From: the human T2T-CHM13v2.0 reference genome, Homo sapiens
Length of the DNA: 64,000 nucleotides
Reading direction: 5' to 3' (one strand)
Assembly: GCF_009914755.1 (NCBI RefSeq)
Contig: NC_060926.1
Both the position numbers and the translations under genes were made by a program. Below are positions 42,616 through 60,386 of this stretch, one piece after another. Position 1 is the stretch's first letter, and each line of letters opens with the position of its first letter. The notes under the pieces are model-generated. The model had not been told where the DNA came from and did not search any database. It saw only the letters and a program-made list of their open reading frames with translations.

Positions 42616-43594
42616 TTACTATGATGGCAAAAGAATGTACTTCCCCAAAGTTTACCTAACAGACTATTTTCATGTGTAATGAAAGAGAGAAGAAACTCTG
42701 CATTATCAGATAACCAGTATCTTCCTGTCTTTCTGCAGAATATACCAACTGATGCTATGATGGTAGGTCCCTAGGAAGCCTGGGTAATCTGCTCCCAACA
42801 CTTGAGTTGCATGCTTACCAGGTGCCCACTAATGAGTACATTATGGTGCTGGCTCTTGGCATTGTAAATATATATTTGAATTAATTATTATATACATTTA
42901 TGGAAATAGGTATGTAGAAAAGAGTTGTTTCTATGAACACTCAGCTGGATCCTTTGAAAAGACTTCATAAATGTGAACCTATTTAAATTCATTTTCAAAT
43001 CAGTCATCTTGAGAAAACTAAAAAATTGAGAGGGATCATAAAATATATAAAAGAAATTTGTGCTTTATTGGCTCCACAAGTATCTTTACAGTCTTGCTCT
43101 ACTTTAAAGAAACTAAATGAGGAAGTTATATATAAGGAATTTCAGATGAAGTTTAGGCAAGAAGATGGAATAAAAGCAGGGCATTCAGAATTTTTAAAAA
43201 GGCCTTAGCACAATATTAAAATATTTAGAAATTAATGCTGATTTTTATAATCAATTTACATAAAAATGCAGTACATTAAGCATACATCATTTTTAAGTTT
43301 TCTATGTAAAGGACTTTTTATGATCCTTTTTTCAACTAACCAGCCCATCATTGGTCCAGATAGTGTCAGAAAACAGGGATTTATCTCAAACGTATTTTAA
43401 ATAATTTTAAAGGTTGTAAAGTCTTATAGAAATTTAAAGTATATACACCTATATTTGTATTACCAAAAATTCACAGTCAGCAAATGTAGAAGTCACCATG
43501 AACCAAGGAAAAACTGATTAATGTACAGTTAATTCTGAAGTCAAGAAGATATATACTGTGGCTTGAAAAGAGTTGACATAAAACTTCAGTGCTC

Positions 43595-47035
<3,441 letters not shown>

Positions 47036-49689
47036 GCCACCAGACATTGTAACATACAGCCAAATATTTCTAAATGATAAAAGAAAAACTTCAGTGCTCA
47101 TCAATTGGAAGTGTGACCCAAACTCTTCCTAAACTTCAGCAGGTTTACCAAAAACAAGTAACTATCTCTCTTCTCTTTCTCTCTCTTCATCTACCTGTAG
47201 ATGTGTAAAATAATTTTATGTATGTGCACCATAATTTTTTACATATATACCATATGTACTTAAGTACACATGAAAATATACATATACACCATGCGTGTTC
47301 CTATAAATGCACTGTTATATATGTCTACGGAACACTGAACACTCCATTTACTCTTACATCTTATTCCTATAAACTTAATTTTCAGTCATCAATGTGAAGA
47401 TTCAGAAGTGAAATTACTTAAGAGGAAACTTCACACCTAGCTCACACCTTCTTATAGATTTTCTGTGGCAGCAGGTTCTCAAACTTTCCTCTTGACATTT
47501 AGAAAGCCTCACTGCTGATCTTAGGTAATAGAACTTGACACCTGAACAATATGCCCTACATTTTCAGAACACTTTGAATCTACTGATTAATCTACATACT
47601 ATCTTTGTGAAGTGAATAATTACAATTTTCACAAGTTTTTTCAGGCGAGACAACTGAGACTCCATTAAAATGTCTAATAACACATGACAGTAAGGAACTG
47701 TATTTCAACACTACTATTTGCAGAGGAAGAACTACATAGGAATGATGAAATAATAGCTCACCAAATAATTATTGAGCATAATTACGTGCTTTGCAAACAA
47801 AGAAGAATTGTTTCTGCCCTTAAAGCAATTACAATAGAATCTGATATGTATGAAGAGATTTGTTTGAGGCACTGTTGAAGCATGGGGCAGAAACAACTAA
47901 CTGCCATTTGTGGGGAATGGTAGAAAATGTGCTTCTAAAATAACCATGATGGAGCATCTTGAAGAGCAGGATTTTATTTAGCAGACAGAGAAGAGAACGA
48001 TGTTCCCATGAGAGCACTGTGACATACCAAGGTACAGAAGTGTGAAATGCCTTTCTCAGCCAAATAAAATTATACCAATGCAGCAGGCCTGGATGAATCC
48101 AAATATTCAGTAGGAAATTTTAGAATATATAGAAACCACATGGTGAAGAACCTATAAATCCATGCTATGAAATCTTAAATCTATTTTAGGCTCCCAGGAA
48201 TCACTGGAGGAGTTGACAGAGGAGAGCGAATGACATGATCCTATTTGTGTTACAGGAGATTTTTTTCTGTAAAGAAGGACTGGCTCAATTCATTAACTTG
48301 AACAACAAAGGGAATAAGTTGAAGGGAAGAAAGACGTAAATTAAGCTGCAGCACTGAGAATGAAGAGAATAGCAGTTTCAACTCTCATTTTACAGGTATA
48401 ATTAACAAAATTCAATGCTTTTAAATGTAATTGATAACTTTCCTTCTCTACTGGCTTTTTAAAATGTGCCAATTTTTTCACCTCAGGACATTTCTTGATT
48501 TGGTTTTGCAATATAGTAGTACATAACCTAGCTCCCTGGGTTGTTTCATGACCAAATGGAGTACATATAGATTCAAAAATCACATAATTCCATATTTCAT
48601 CTGAAGATATTCTTGTCTAAAGTGACAACATTGCTTCTTCTTAACCTGGAGTCTAGACTTAAATAAAATGTACAGGATCAATTTCTACTTCTCTCCCAAA
48701 TGAAACCAAATTGACCAACAGGTCTGCAGAGGGAACCAGTCAGCTGCAGCATGAGTTCTCACTTCTGTCTCACTTCAGAGAGAAAAGAAGGACATGAAGT
48801 ATCAGCAGAGGGTGTTCAGTTGCTCCTAATCTTGTGGCTCCATAAAAGTAACTACAGAGGTCAATCAAGTACCTCGTGCCTTCTAAAAACCTTTCCAATT
48901 TTGTTCAAAATAAACAACTCTTGCTTTTCAAGCAATAATTTGAAGACATAATTTACATTTTATCATCTAATGTAAAATGTTAAAAAAGTAGTTTCAAAAT
49001 TATGAAAAATGGAATAGTTTTAAGAAATTATGTCTCTAATCCGTACATAAGTACACGAGCAATGCACACACACAGAATGGAAACATCTAAGATTTGTCAA
49101 TAAACATTAACTTAAAAATAATACCTAGCTAAAGAGATACCCAAGGTTATTCATGGGATAGTACCCAGGCTCTATGCATCATGTGGAAAGCTATGACATC
49201 ATAAATTAAAAGCCAAATAATTTTGAAAAATTCTATTTTAGTACTAGCTGTATTATAGTTCATTAAGGTATGAGGTCTAATGTAGACATGTTTAGTTGCC
49301 ACTTATTTTTACTAACTCACTTCTATATTAGAGTGTAAGGTAGAAATCATGGAGTCATGTTTACTAATAATGGTAAGAGGAAGATAAATGGCTGACAAAC
49401 ATCCTATATGTCTTCAATTCATTTCAAATGATTTCACAAGGGGACTTCTCACTTCCCCTAGAACCCTCCACGAGGAAAACCCATGCTGACTTCCCAGCCT
49501 GATTTCTCAGAAAATATGCCCTTTTTTATCAGATTCTACTCAAGGCCCCCACTCTGAAAACTAAAATAAGGGTTTGGGGCCATGCGGGAGGCCTGAGAGT
49601 GTGAGGCAGCAAGCACATTGGCAGACAGACAGCTTAGTGGCATCAGGCAGAGAGCAGCAGTGTGCACCCCAGGTCCTGTCTACTCTTTG

Positions 49690-49850
49690 CCTTCTTGGGC
49701 ATGAGTTTAGACATGTGAGTTAACCCAGCTGTGTCTCAGTTTTTTCCTCTGTAAAAAGTGTGAGAATTATAATTACTTACCTCTTAAGGATGTTATAACA
49801 CTAATTAATGTCTCAAAACTCTGTGAATAAAAATCATCCTGCACAGATGC
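49690..49850 (+). mobile_element. MIR
   Basis: 'ctgtgtctcagttttttcctctgtaaaaagtg...aattacttacctcttaaggatgtt'. Confidence 0.7.
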
Positions 49851-52800
49851 TAATTACTATTATTCATAGATTAGCCATGAGGCCAGATGCAGCAGCAGAA
49901 GTGGTAGGCAGGTTTTCAGCCTTTTTAATGAAGGCCAAATGGCAGTGAGTAGGAAGAACTGTGGATAAAAATAAAGCATTAACCAAGGACTTAACATGAA
50001 GAACATCACACTAGCAGAGCTGCAGTCACCAGGTGTCCACTGAAATGATGGTGGAGTGCAAATCCCATGACTGAAAATCACCAGAAAGTTCAATTATCTG
50101 TGGCAATATTTCACGAAGAAAAAATATTTTTGAATATGACTCTGAATACTAGTGGAGTGAACAAATTGTCAGGAATATTGCTACACTCTGCATAATCAAA
50201 ATAAGACTCAATCACTTAAAAGACATCATGTGAGCCTACCCGACACCATTGTTTTATTATTTTTAGATACAGAAATTGCAGAATATGGCCAAATTAGAGA
50301 ATTCCAGAATCTTCCTCAATTGTTACTTTATAATTGAGTTAGGGTATTGTTCCTCGGTAACATTTAAAAGGCTCATTTAAAAAATAGTGTAGTTATTTTC
50401 CTATGATTCCTACCATTGCATCCATATCCTTCTGGCCTCTGCCCATGATTCACTTTTTGGCTACACCTAGAGAAGCATGAAGGACAGGTCCTCAATCCTC
50501 ACTAGCCAATCTGGCCACGTGAGGTGATTTCCATAAAATTTCTTGATCAGGAAAGATGGTTTGAGTGGAAAGTCTGGGAATTCCAAAGCCTTTTCCATCC
50601 AAAGATTGCAGAATTCCTAGGCACCCACATATTGCAGATTACTTCACATTTTACACTTTCTCATAAGACTTCTGCAAGATGATGTGAGTGTTTTCAATGT
50701 TACAAGTTGCTACCATAGTCTAAGTTCAGAAATACGAAAGTGCGCTCGAGATGTGTATGAGTGAGCAAAGGAATAGGTGGCCCAGTTGGAAGACTCAAAA
50801 ACTTGCAGTAGGGGTCAGGCCTGAAGAACAACACTTGTTATCTGATATATCTGAACTGTATCTGACAACCATTTATTTTTATGGATATCAGATTCAGCAT
50901 GAACTGAATTTGTATTTATATGCAAAGTATAACCATGGTTGTTTTCACATTCTAGCTTCAAAAAGAACACAAGTACAAAAGGCATTTCATCTCTTTTCCT
51001 TTCAACGAGAAACAGAGGTTCAGAGAACTTATATGACATTGTAAGATAGTGTAGCAACATAAGAGGCCTTTGGCTTCCAGTCTAGTGATCTACCCAATGG
51101 CTCCCTCTGATGTCATAATTATTTAAGTGTCCAAAGAGGCCTCTGGGACATGAGTGTGCCACTTCCTGATGGAATCCACCCCTGGTCACAACAATGCACC
51201 CAGGCACATTAATGCCCCACTTATAGAAAAGTAAAAATAGTAATAGTAGATTCAAATTGCACCTAACAGCAGTAGCAGAAAGATGAGGAAAGAAGCTAAA
51301 ATGTGCACTGATATCAAATCACCATGGAGGACTGTCCATTCTTACAACCATCATCTAGGAAGAATCTACGATGTTAAGAGAGACTAGGTCTTTACCCTCA
51401 AAGACTGTACCATGTCTGGGAGGAGACAGTCATGAAACAAATAAGCTCCTAAACAGTTAATAAATTACAAGTGAAATAGTGCTAAAATAAATCTAAAAGT
51501 TTAATTACCATAAACTCCAATATGTATAAAATCAGCTGTTAGTTTTTGTCATAGTAGTCATATTATTTTTAATGTAAAAAACCTAATTTCAATTGACATA
51601 GAAGAAAGTAAAAGTGGATAAAAATAAAGCTCATGATATAACATCAGTTGATATCCCCCTATTCCAAATGGGATTGCAAGCAACTTTCCCTTAGATTTTA
51701 GTGCCCTGGGCTTCCAATGCATTTTGAGACTGCATTGACAGCAGATAGAGTTGGGAGTATAATTACCATGAGGGAATACTAAACTAGATGCCAGAAATTG
51801 AATTGCGAATAAGAGGACAATGGACCCAGCAATGTGGCATGGTTCAGTCCCCTGGTGCTAGGTCCCTGCCAACTTCGACCAAGAAAAAACTTCTCCTGAG
51901 CCTACAGGTGAAAGAAATCTGCAGGTTGATCTCAACCAACAACTATACTTCAAAATGCTCACTGTGACAGTGAATCCCCTTCCCACACTCTTGGCAATTT
52001 AACTTGAAAACTGTAAACGCATTTTAGCTTTGGAAGTAAGTGTGTAGCAGATGAGATATCCTTGTTTGTTTATGTGCCTTAATTTCTAGAATATTCTCTT
52101 TATGGGTTGTTAAGATTGTTAAAATTAAGCTGTCTCTTCCTGCACTGCAGAATGGCGTTATACCCAGCACCCTGCCCGAGGCTGGTCAGATAATGAAGCA
52201 GAACAGCAAGGTAATGAGATATTATAGCAATTCCTAACCCATTCCACACCTGACTGACCCCAGTAATGAGTCAATAAGGCCTGTGGCTCTGTAATAGGAG
52301 CTTATGCAGTAGAACAGTGAGGCAGGAAGTTGAAAAAGAAAACCTAGAAGCTGTATTAGAGCAGGTACCATAGCTCCTAGCATTTTTAATAGGCCAATTC
52401 AACCTACAATCTGACCTCCTGTGGTACCCAATGGCTTTCTTGCTTCCTTTTCTGAATCACTTCTTAGTTTCAAGTTCCTTATTTTAAAAAAACCCACAAA
52501 AAACAGAGGCCTTCTTGTTAAATGAGACATACAAGATTTACAACTTTGAGGTATTAAAAAGTGGAAGTAGAGTGAATACAAATAAAGCTCATGATATGAA
52601 ATTTAGTTTCTTCTGCTACTAATGTCTTACTCTAAACTCTTCAATTTCTAGAATATATATCGGTAGCATGATACTAGTAGAATTATTGCCTTCACCCCTT
52701 GGTTCTACCAATCCTTTCAATTCTTTTAATTCTGCAGCAGTTTCTACTGGTATTCATCTCTTTTTAACCTAATAATCGTACGTGAAATGTTAAAGCCGGA

Positions 52801-53361
52801 TGTTCTGGGCAGTTGTGTCATGATCTTAAATGGATTAAATGTGAAAAGTTAAATATCACAGTTCAGCATGTACCTCTTAAGCCATAAATGGTATTGTAAT
52901 CGGATGAATAATAGTATATCAAATGATGTACTGAACATTGGTTTCTATGATGATTCCATATGGGAGTCTAGCAGAAGAGAAGGATCAATTGAGTTACTTT
53001 TCCAGGAGGCTGGGCACAGAAGGAAGAGTCACAAACATTGACAATAAGATTATCTGGAAGAAGGAAACCTCCGTGTCTCCACAAAGAATGAAATATGAGC
53101 CAAAAAAAAATGAGAACAGGAAAGGATAGATGTAAGAGAGTAATGAGTAACTGCAAACAGAGAAAAAGGATGGTGTGGCACAGACACTGGGGACTCACAA
53201 ATCATCCAAGTTAGGTTTGGATGATTTGTGACTCCATCCAAACATGACTAGTTTTGGAGAGTAAAATATGAATGGCAATGACATGTTATTTACAGTCCTA
53301 TGTAGCTAAGATAAGAAGTGTTGCACCCCTCCGTCTCTTAGTAGCCATGTGTTCCTAGATT

Positions 53362-53670
53362 AAAGCTGCTGTGCAATAGAAATATGATGCAAGCCACATA
53401 TGTAATTTTAAATTTTCTAACAGCCTCATTAAAATTGATAGACTAAATAATCAATAATATTTAATCTAATATATCCAAGATATTATTCTTTCAACATGCA
53501 ATCAATATAAAAATAATTATTGAGATACTTGATATTCTTTTTATCTTACTATGTCTAATACATCCCATGTGTATTTTACACATATGGCACATTTGGATTC
53601 AGACTCCACATATTTCAAGTGTTCAGTAGTCACACGGGACTAGTGGCTACTCTGTTAAGTAACAAAGTTC
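53362..53670. mobile_element. MER33/MER3-type hAT-Charlie DNA transposon, within MLT-like sequence
   Basis: 'gctgtgcaatagaaatatgatgcaagccacatatgtaattttaaattttcta...catatttcaagtgttcagtagtcacac...ctagtggctac'. Confidence 0.8.
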
Positions 53671-54988
53671 TAGAAAGTCTTGCTACAAGATGAAAGAAGG
53701 CTGCTCTACATTCCACTGTCTGAGTAAGAGAATCTTTTGTTGCATTAAGCAAGTCACTGAAATTTTAGTTTATTTGTTATTAGAGCATAAAATATATTTA
53801 CCCTGACTAGTATAATAAATGTAATAAAATCAGGACCAACCAAAAGACTTTCCTTTTTCCTCTTAAGTTTAAAGAAATTGAATGTAGTTAAACAAAAATA
53901 AAATTTTTGGCCAGGAAATTAGGCCAAAGATGTTGATGCATTAGTGTTTTTCATAGGTGGGAGCAAACTTACCAAAGAAAGCTGATGCCTCACTGCCAGA
54001 AGTAACACACATAACAGATGTAACTGATTGTCCAATCAATCACAATCAAATGTGCGTACAAAACTTTGAACTATCACAACTCAATTAGGAGCCTCCTTTT
54101 CTGCTTGATTGTTGAAAACCTAAATTTGGGGGATGATATCTTTCAGTCTAACACTAAGGTTATTATTTAATACGTCTTTTCAATCTTTCTTCTTTCTGAT
54201 TTATTTACTCTTTCCCTTCCTCTTGGTCTTACTTTTAATTTCACAGGAGTCACAAATGCCTAACTCCTGGTAGGGGGATGAAGGACTCTGATATAGTGAG
54301 CTGGCAGAGGCAGGGATTGCAGAAGGTAGAGGGGAGTTGAAAAGGGGGAACTATGCATATTCTCTCAGTTCGGCCTCCTTTCTGTCCAGGTGTTCAGAGT
54401 GACCAGCTGTTGACAGTTGTAGTTGAAGCCCCGTGGAAGGGTAAAGTACCAATTTGTGGACCACTTGATCATCTCTGGATAACTAGTTAACACCACCCAT
54501 CTGACAAACTGTTGAAAGGATACCCTTCCATTACTGAGCAATTTCTAGAGAAACTGTTGATCTGGCTCATGATTTGATTTGAATTAATTTTCTGGCATGA
54601 CCTTGACCTATATGAGAAATTTAGAAATGACTGTCACTCCTAAATGGGACATGAAGTGTTCCCTAATTAAAGACTCACCCAAAAACTTCAAGGGTAGGTC
54701 CCATAGGAGCATCCAATTGCATGGTAAGATGAGTCAAATACCACTAACTTGACTACCATAATGAGGAGGATGGACTGGAGGGGTATAGCATACCTTTCAT
54801 ACACCTTTCTCCAAATCTCTCTGACACTCCTCTCATTTTCACACCCTTTGCTCCACCTCAGCAGTGGAGAGAAAAACTCGTTCTTCTAGTTCTTATGATC
54901 TCTTCTCCACAGACTTTAATATGACACCTAATCAGGTCTCCATTGAAATGGCAATTTTCTGTATTTCCTCCCCTCCCTACCCTTTTTC

Positions 54989-54990
<2 letters not shown>

Positions 54991-55022
<32 letters not shown>
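54991..55022. repeat. (GT)n microsatellite
   Basis: 16 uninterrupted GT units. Confidence 0.97.
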
Positions 55023-55023
<1 letters not shown>

Positions 55024-56054
55024 GTGATTTTGTATATGTGCATGTGTGTTGAGAGTGAAGGAGTGAGAAAGGAAATAAAACTCATTCTCTCTCTCTCTCT
55101 GTCTTCAGTTCATTGCCACAGGTAAACATTTTACATCTCACCTTCTTCTCTGTAATTTCTATAGCCTCCCCACAGACAAAAGAGCTTCCATAGATACTCA
55201 AGACAGGTGCACAATGAGTTCCTGATGAAACCTTTTCTGCTTGGCTTTGTAAACAGATTTGACAACAGTTTCCAGGAAATTGCATTTGATGTTTCAAGGT
55301 TAGATCTGGCTGTCAAGCATGCTGAGTCATATCCATTGAGTCAGAGAGTTCTATGCTGTAAGAGAATTTGTCTAAGATTAGCTAACATCTTTGCTTTGAG
55401 ATGAAGAAGTCAGGAGAGTTCTTTAGCAAATGATTCTGTAGAGGTAGAAAAGCTCCCCTTTAGGAAAGGTTGTATTGTTTGCTTTTCTTCAAGGTTCTGC
55501 CATTATTGTCTGAGCTCAACCACCTGGGAACTAGAAGCTTATAACTCAAATCACATTTTTAATAAACATTATGATGGAAGAAAGTCAAAGATGTAATGTG
55601 AATAATTTAATTAAGCTTCTGTAGACTCAAAACAAACATATAGGTAAGTGCCAGAAGCCTAAACTTTAAGTTCTCAATACCAAAAAAGCAAAATACCAGC
55701 AAGGAAGCCATAGCCTTCTATGTAGATATTCACAAGTGAACTAGTGTCTACTGATATGCTAGAAATGGTGGTCTAGATATGATAAATTGAAACATAATTA
55801 GAACCTTAAGGTTACAAGTTAACTGGAATCCACAAAACAAGGTGAATTGGCTTTCATCTTTAAAAGAAGCCATTTATCAAGATTGAGTATACTTCCTCAT
55901 AGCATGAAAGACTTAAGGGTTCACAATCAAAATAAAAGCACATATGAAACAGAAAAAAAACAGTTATCCTTTCTTAAGTGGCAAATATCTCAACTGATCT
56001 TGACGGAAAGAAAACCAGGAACTACGACCATGTTTTAAAATCACCACAGACCCT

Positions 56055-56261
56055 ACAAATGAAATAATCAAAATGAAAGTGTAGAATTAGAGTGTTCGTA
56101 ATACAAAGAAATAATAAATGCTTGAGGTGATAAATATCCCATTACCCTGATTTGATTATTATACATTATATGCTTGTATCAAAATATCACATGTACAGCA
56201 CAAATAGGTACAACTATTATGTATCCATAATAATTAATAATGAAAACTAAAAATAAATAAC
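56055..56261 (+). mobile_element. L1MA 3' end
   Basis: 'ataaatgcttgaggtgat...ccattaccctgatttgattatt...gtatcaaaatatcacatgtac'. Confidence 0.85.
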
Positions 56262-57268
56262 CAGGCCTACGTTTATAATACATTCACACATTTCTCACAA
56301 GATAATGTTTTAAATCAAATCACTATTGATTTTCTTTTCTATTAACTATTAAACAGACACAAATAAAACTTTATAGCTACACAATTTAAAATATAGTTTT
56401 TCTAAGGAAACAGTATACATACTTATGACTTTTTCCAATAATATAAAAAGCTTTGCTAACAAAAATATCTCTGAATAAAGATGAATATAGGGTACAATTA
56501 TTTCCACTATCTTTATCTCTAAAATGCTCACCAAAATTCCATAATTAAACTTATTTCTAATTCTAAAAACACCCGCTATTCATATAGAATACACTATAAG
56601 TTTTTATTAATGTCATAAAACTATATATACTGGCTCCTAAAGAACTTTAAAAGATTTTTTTTACCTGAATAAAATGTATTTGGGACAGAGACTAAATATA
56701 GATTGCATTTTAAAAAATATATTTATTACTCATTCCTTTTCCCTCTAGTTTCTTTTTATCAATTTAAATTAAAAGGGATTTATAGAAGGATGAAAAATAA
56801 TTCGGTTTTTTACTATTAAGGAGTAAGCAAGACACATTTATAATTAGTGATAACAGTAGCCGTAAGACACACTGGTCAGGAGATGTTGGAGGCTCAGCCC
56901 TACTATCCATAAAGTATATCACTGAAGACTAATGAGGAATTTAAGGAGTTTTAGGTAAGGCTATTGGATTATCCAAATCATCATTCTCACCTATGTAAGT
57001 CTATTAACAATCCATTATCCTGGATATTGAGACATTTTGGTGGCCTAAAGTCATCCGTTATGATGCATAAAGCTGAACAGAAAGGTATAATCGGTTGGGA
57101 AATAGATTCTGGTTATGAGTAAAAGCCTAGGGCAGGTGAAGTTTGGAGAAGAGGCAGCATAAGAAAAGAGCTCTGTGACTGATGAAGGAGCCCAAGAAAG
57201 GAAAGACAAGGCAACAACAAAGCAACATTTGGCATCTAGAAGCTCTCCTGTGTATGGCATGCACTGGG

Positions 57269-57715
57269 TGTGATATATATTGGTCTTAAGTTATTACCCC
57301 TCCTTGTGTCCACTCTCTTTGCTATGTGTCTTTGAAGTTCCTTTCACTAAAGGCAGAGTGCCCTTTCCTACTCATCGACTTTGGGATTGGCCATATGACT
57401 ATCTCAAAAGGATACTAGCAACATGATGTAAGTGAATTAGCAGCTTTAAATGTGCTTGCATATTCTATTGTCCTTCTGCATGCTCTATGCATGCTCTATG
57501 ATTAAAGCATGACCCAACTAGTTCACAGGTCCTGGGAAGAGGAGAGACATGTGGAGCAGAGGTGAATTCAATCTACATCTTGCAGCCAAATCCAGACTAG
57601 CCAAACCCCAGGAAATCTGCAAATGCATAAGCAAGAATAAATGATTGCTGCCTTAAGCCACTGTTTCATGATATTTTGTTTTGCAGCCTCGTTAAGGCAA
57701 CAGCTAACAGCTACG
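57269..57715 (+). mobile_element. MLT1 MaLR LTR inserted in L2
   Basis: 'gactttgggattggccatatgact', 'gagagacatgtggagcaga', 'aataaatgattgctgccttaagccact'; L2-like flank at about 57720-58180. Confidence 0.75.
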
Positions 57716-58170
57716 CTGATCTGGATACTAGAAATAAGAGAGTAAACAATGCAAAATGCTTGCTCTCAAGGGACTTACAATTTAGTAAATAATATCAATA
57801 AGTACCCTGAAAGTAAATGCAGTGAAGGATACCATGAAACACCTAACCTGCAGACTCTGGTGGCCTGGATCAAGAGTCATCTAAGCTCAGACCTGAAGAA
57901 TGAAGCAGAATGAGCAAACTAAAAGGACTAGAGAGAAGGTACAATTTGATAGCGCACCAAAGGCAAAGGAAGTAAGATGTGCAAAGACCCAGGCATGTGA
58001 GAAAGCAGAAGATTTTAAGGTAATTGTGAGCAAATGCAGTGAAGAGTTTGAAGAGGGGACTGTTGAGAGATGAAATGAAAATGATGAACTGCCAAGTAAT
58101 TATAATTAACGAGTGTAACATATAAGAAGCACAGCAAGAATGGGTGTGAGATTTTAATATGGTCAAGTAA

Positions 58171-58596
<426 letters not shown>

Positions 58597-59079
58597 TAAT
58601 CGAATCCACTTTAAAGTGTTGCAAATATCCTTAATAATCTTAATAAATCATACAATTCTATGCAAATGTTGTTATATCTGATAATAAGAATATCCATTTA
58701 GCTATAATATTCTTTGTTAAGAAAGATAAAGGTAATGACTAAAGTCATATAACATTGTAAGTGAATTTCTATTTTCAATTTTTATTATTAAGTTTGTAAT
58801 ATTTTTATTTTAAAAGTAATTTCAAGAGTGTCTATCAGGATATGCATGGTTAAATTTTAAAAATGCAAAAAAGTAGAGCATTACCAATACCCATGTTATT
58901 CTCTCCAATAAAAATGTTTCTCTTTCTTCTCCAAACATAAAAATAAAAACAACGCCAAATTTTGTGTTAATAATTCTCTTATTTTTCTTTATAATTGTAT
59001 CTTTTTTGTATGCTTCTTTATAAATACTATACTATTTACTTTTGAACATTTTATACTCTTACTGTGTTTATCGTGTTAT

Positions 59080-60386
59080 TGAGAGATGACAGCATCCTGG
59101 CAGCCCTCACAGCCCTCACTCGCTCTGGGCGCCTCCTTCGCCTTGGCGCCCACTCTGGCCGCGCTTGAGGAGCCCTTCAGCCCGCCGCTGCACTGTGGGA
59201 GCCCCTTTCTGGGCTGGCCAAGGCCGGAGCCGGCTCCCTCAGCTTGCAGGGAGGTGTAGAGGGAGAGGCGCGGGCGGGAACCGGGGCTGCGCGCGGCGCT
59301 TGAGAGCCAGCGCGAGTTCCGGGTGGGCGTGGGCTCGGCGGGCGCCGCACTCTGAGCGGCCAGCCGGCCGGCAAGCCCCGGGCAGTGAGGGGCTTAGCAC
59401 CTGGGCCATCGGCGATGCACTCGATTTCTTACTGGGCCTTAGCTGCCTCCCCAAGGGGCAGGGCTCGCGACCTGCAGCCCGCAATGCCTAAGTCTCCCCC
59501 CTCCGCCCTGGGCTCCTGTGCGGCCTGAGCCTCCCCGACGAGGGTGGCCCCCTGCTCCACAGCGCCGGGTCCCATCCACCGCCCATGGGCTGAGGAGTGC
59601 GGACACACGCCTTGGGACTGGCGGGCAGCTCCACCTGCAGCCCCAGTGCGAGATCCACTGGGTGAGGCCAGCTGGGCTCCTGAGTCTAAGGGGGACTTGG
59701 AGAAACTTTGTGTCTAGCTAAGGGATTGTGAGTGCACCAATCAGCAACTCTGTATCTAGCTAATCTGGTGGGGACTTGGAGAATCTTTGTGTCTAGCTAA
59801 GGGATTGTGAATGCACCAATCAGCACTCTGTATCTAGCTCAGGGTTTGTAAATACACCAATCGACACTCTGTATCTAGCTAATCTAGTGGGGCGTGGAGA
59901 ACTTTTGTGTCTAGCTCAGGGATTGTAAAGGCACCAATCAGCACCCTGTCAAAACGGACCACTCAGCTCTTTATAAAACAGACCAATCAGCGCTCTGTAA
60001 AATGGACCAATCAGCAGGATGTGGCTGTGGCCAGATAAGAGAATAAAAGCAGGCTGCCCTAGCCTGCAGTGGCAACCCACTGGGGTCCCCCTTCCACACT
60101 GTGGAAGCTTTGTTCTTAAGCTCTTTGCAATAAATCTTGTTGCTGCTCACTCTTTGGGTCCACACTGCCTTTATGAGCTGTAACACTCACCGCAAAGGTC
60201 TGCAGCTTCACTCCTGAGCCAGCAAGGCCACGAACACACTGGAAGGAAGAAACTCCGAACACATCCGAACATCAGAAGGAACAAACTCCAGACACGCTGC
60301 CTTTAAGAGCTGTAACACTCACCGCGAGGGTCCGTGGCCTCATTCTTGAAGTCAGTGAGACCAAGAACCCACCAATTCCAGACACA
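59080..60386 (+). mobile_element. LTR12-family (ERV9; C/E-like) solo LTR, 1307 bp
   Basis: tgagagatgacagc...ccaattccagacaca; GC/CpG-rich U3; tandem CCAAT repeats; 4-bp TSD ttat at 59076-59079 and 60387-60390. Confidence 0.96.
59690..60075 (+). promoter_or_regulatory. LTR12 enhancer/promoter repeat array
   Basis: CCAAT at 59737, 59816, 59857, 59934, 59983 and 60007; GATA (agataa) 60033-60038; TATA-like aataaaa 60042-60048. Confidence 0.8.

Noticed and set aside
59165-59721. GC-rich ORFs or CpG-island gene promoter
   Set aside because: Entirely inside the LTR12; stop-poor because of GC content
59690-60015. Periodic repeats resembling a CRISPR-like array
   Set aside because: Known LTR12 U3 tandem enhancer repeats; the spacers are not unique and the context is eukaryotic
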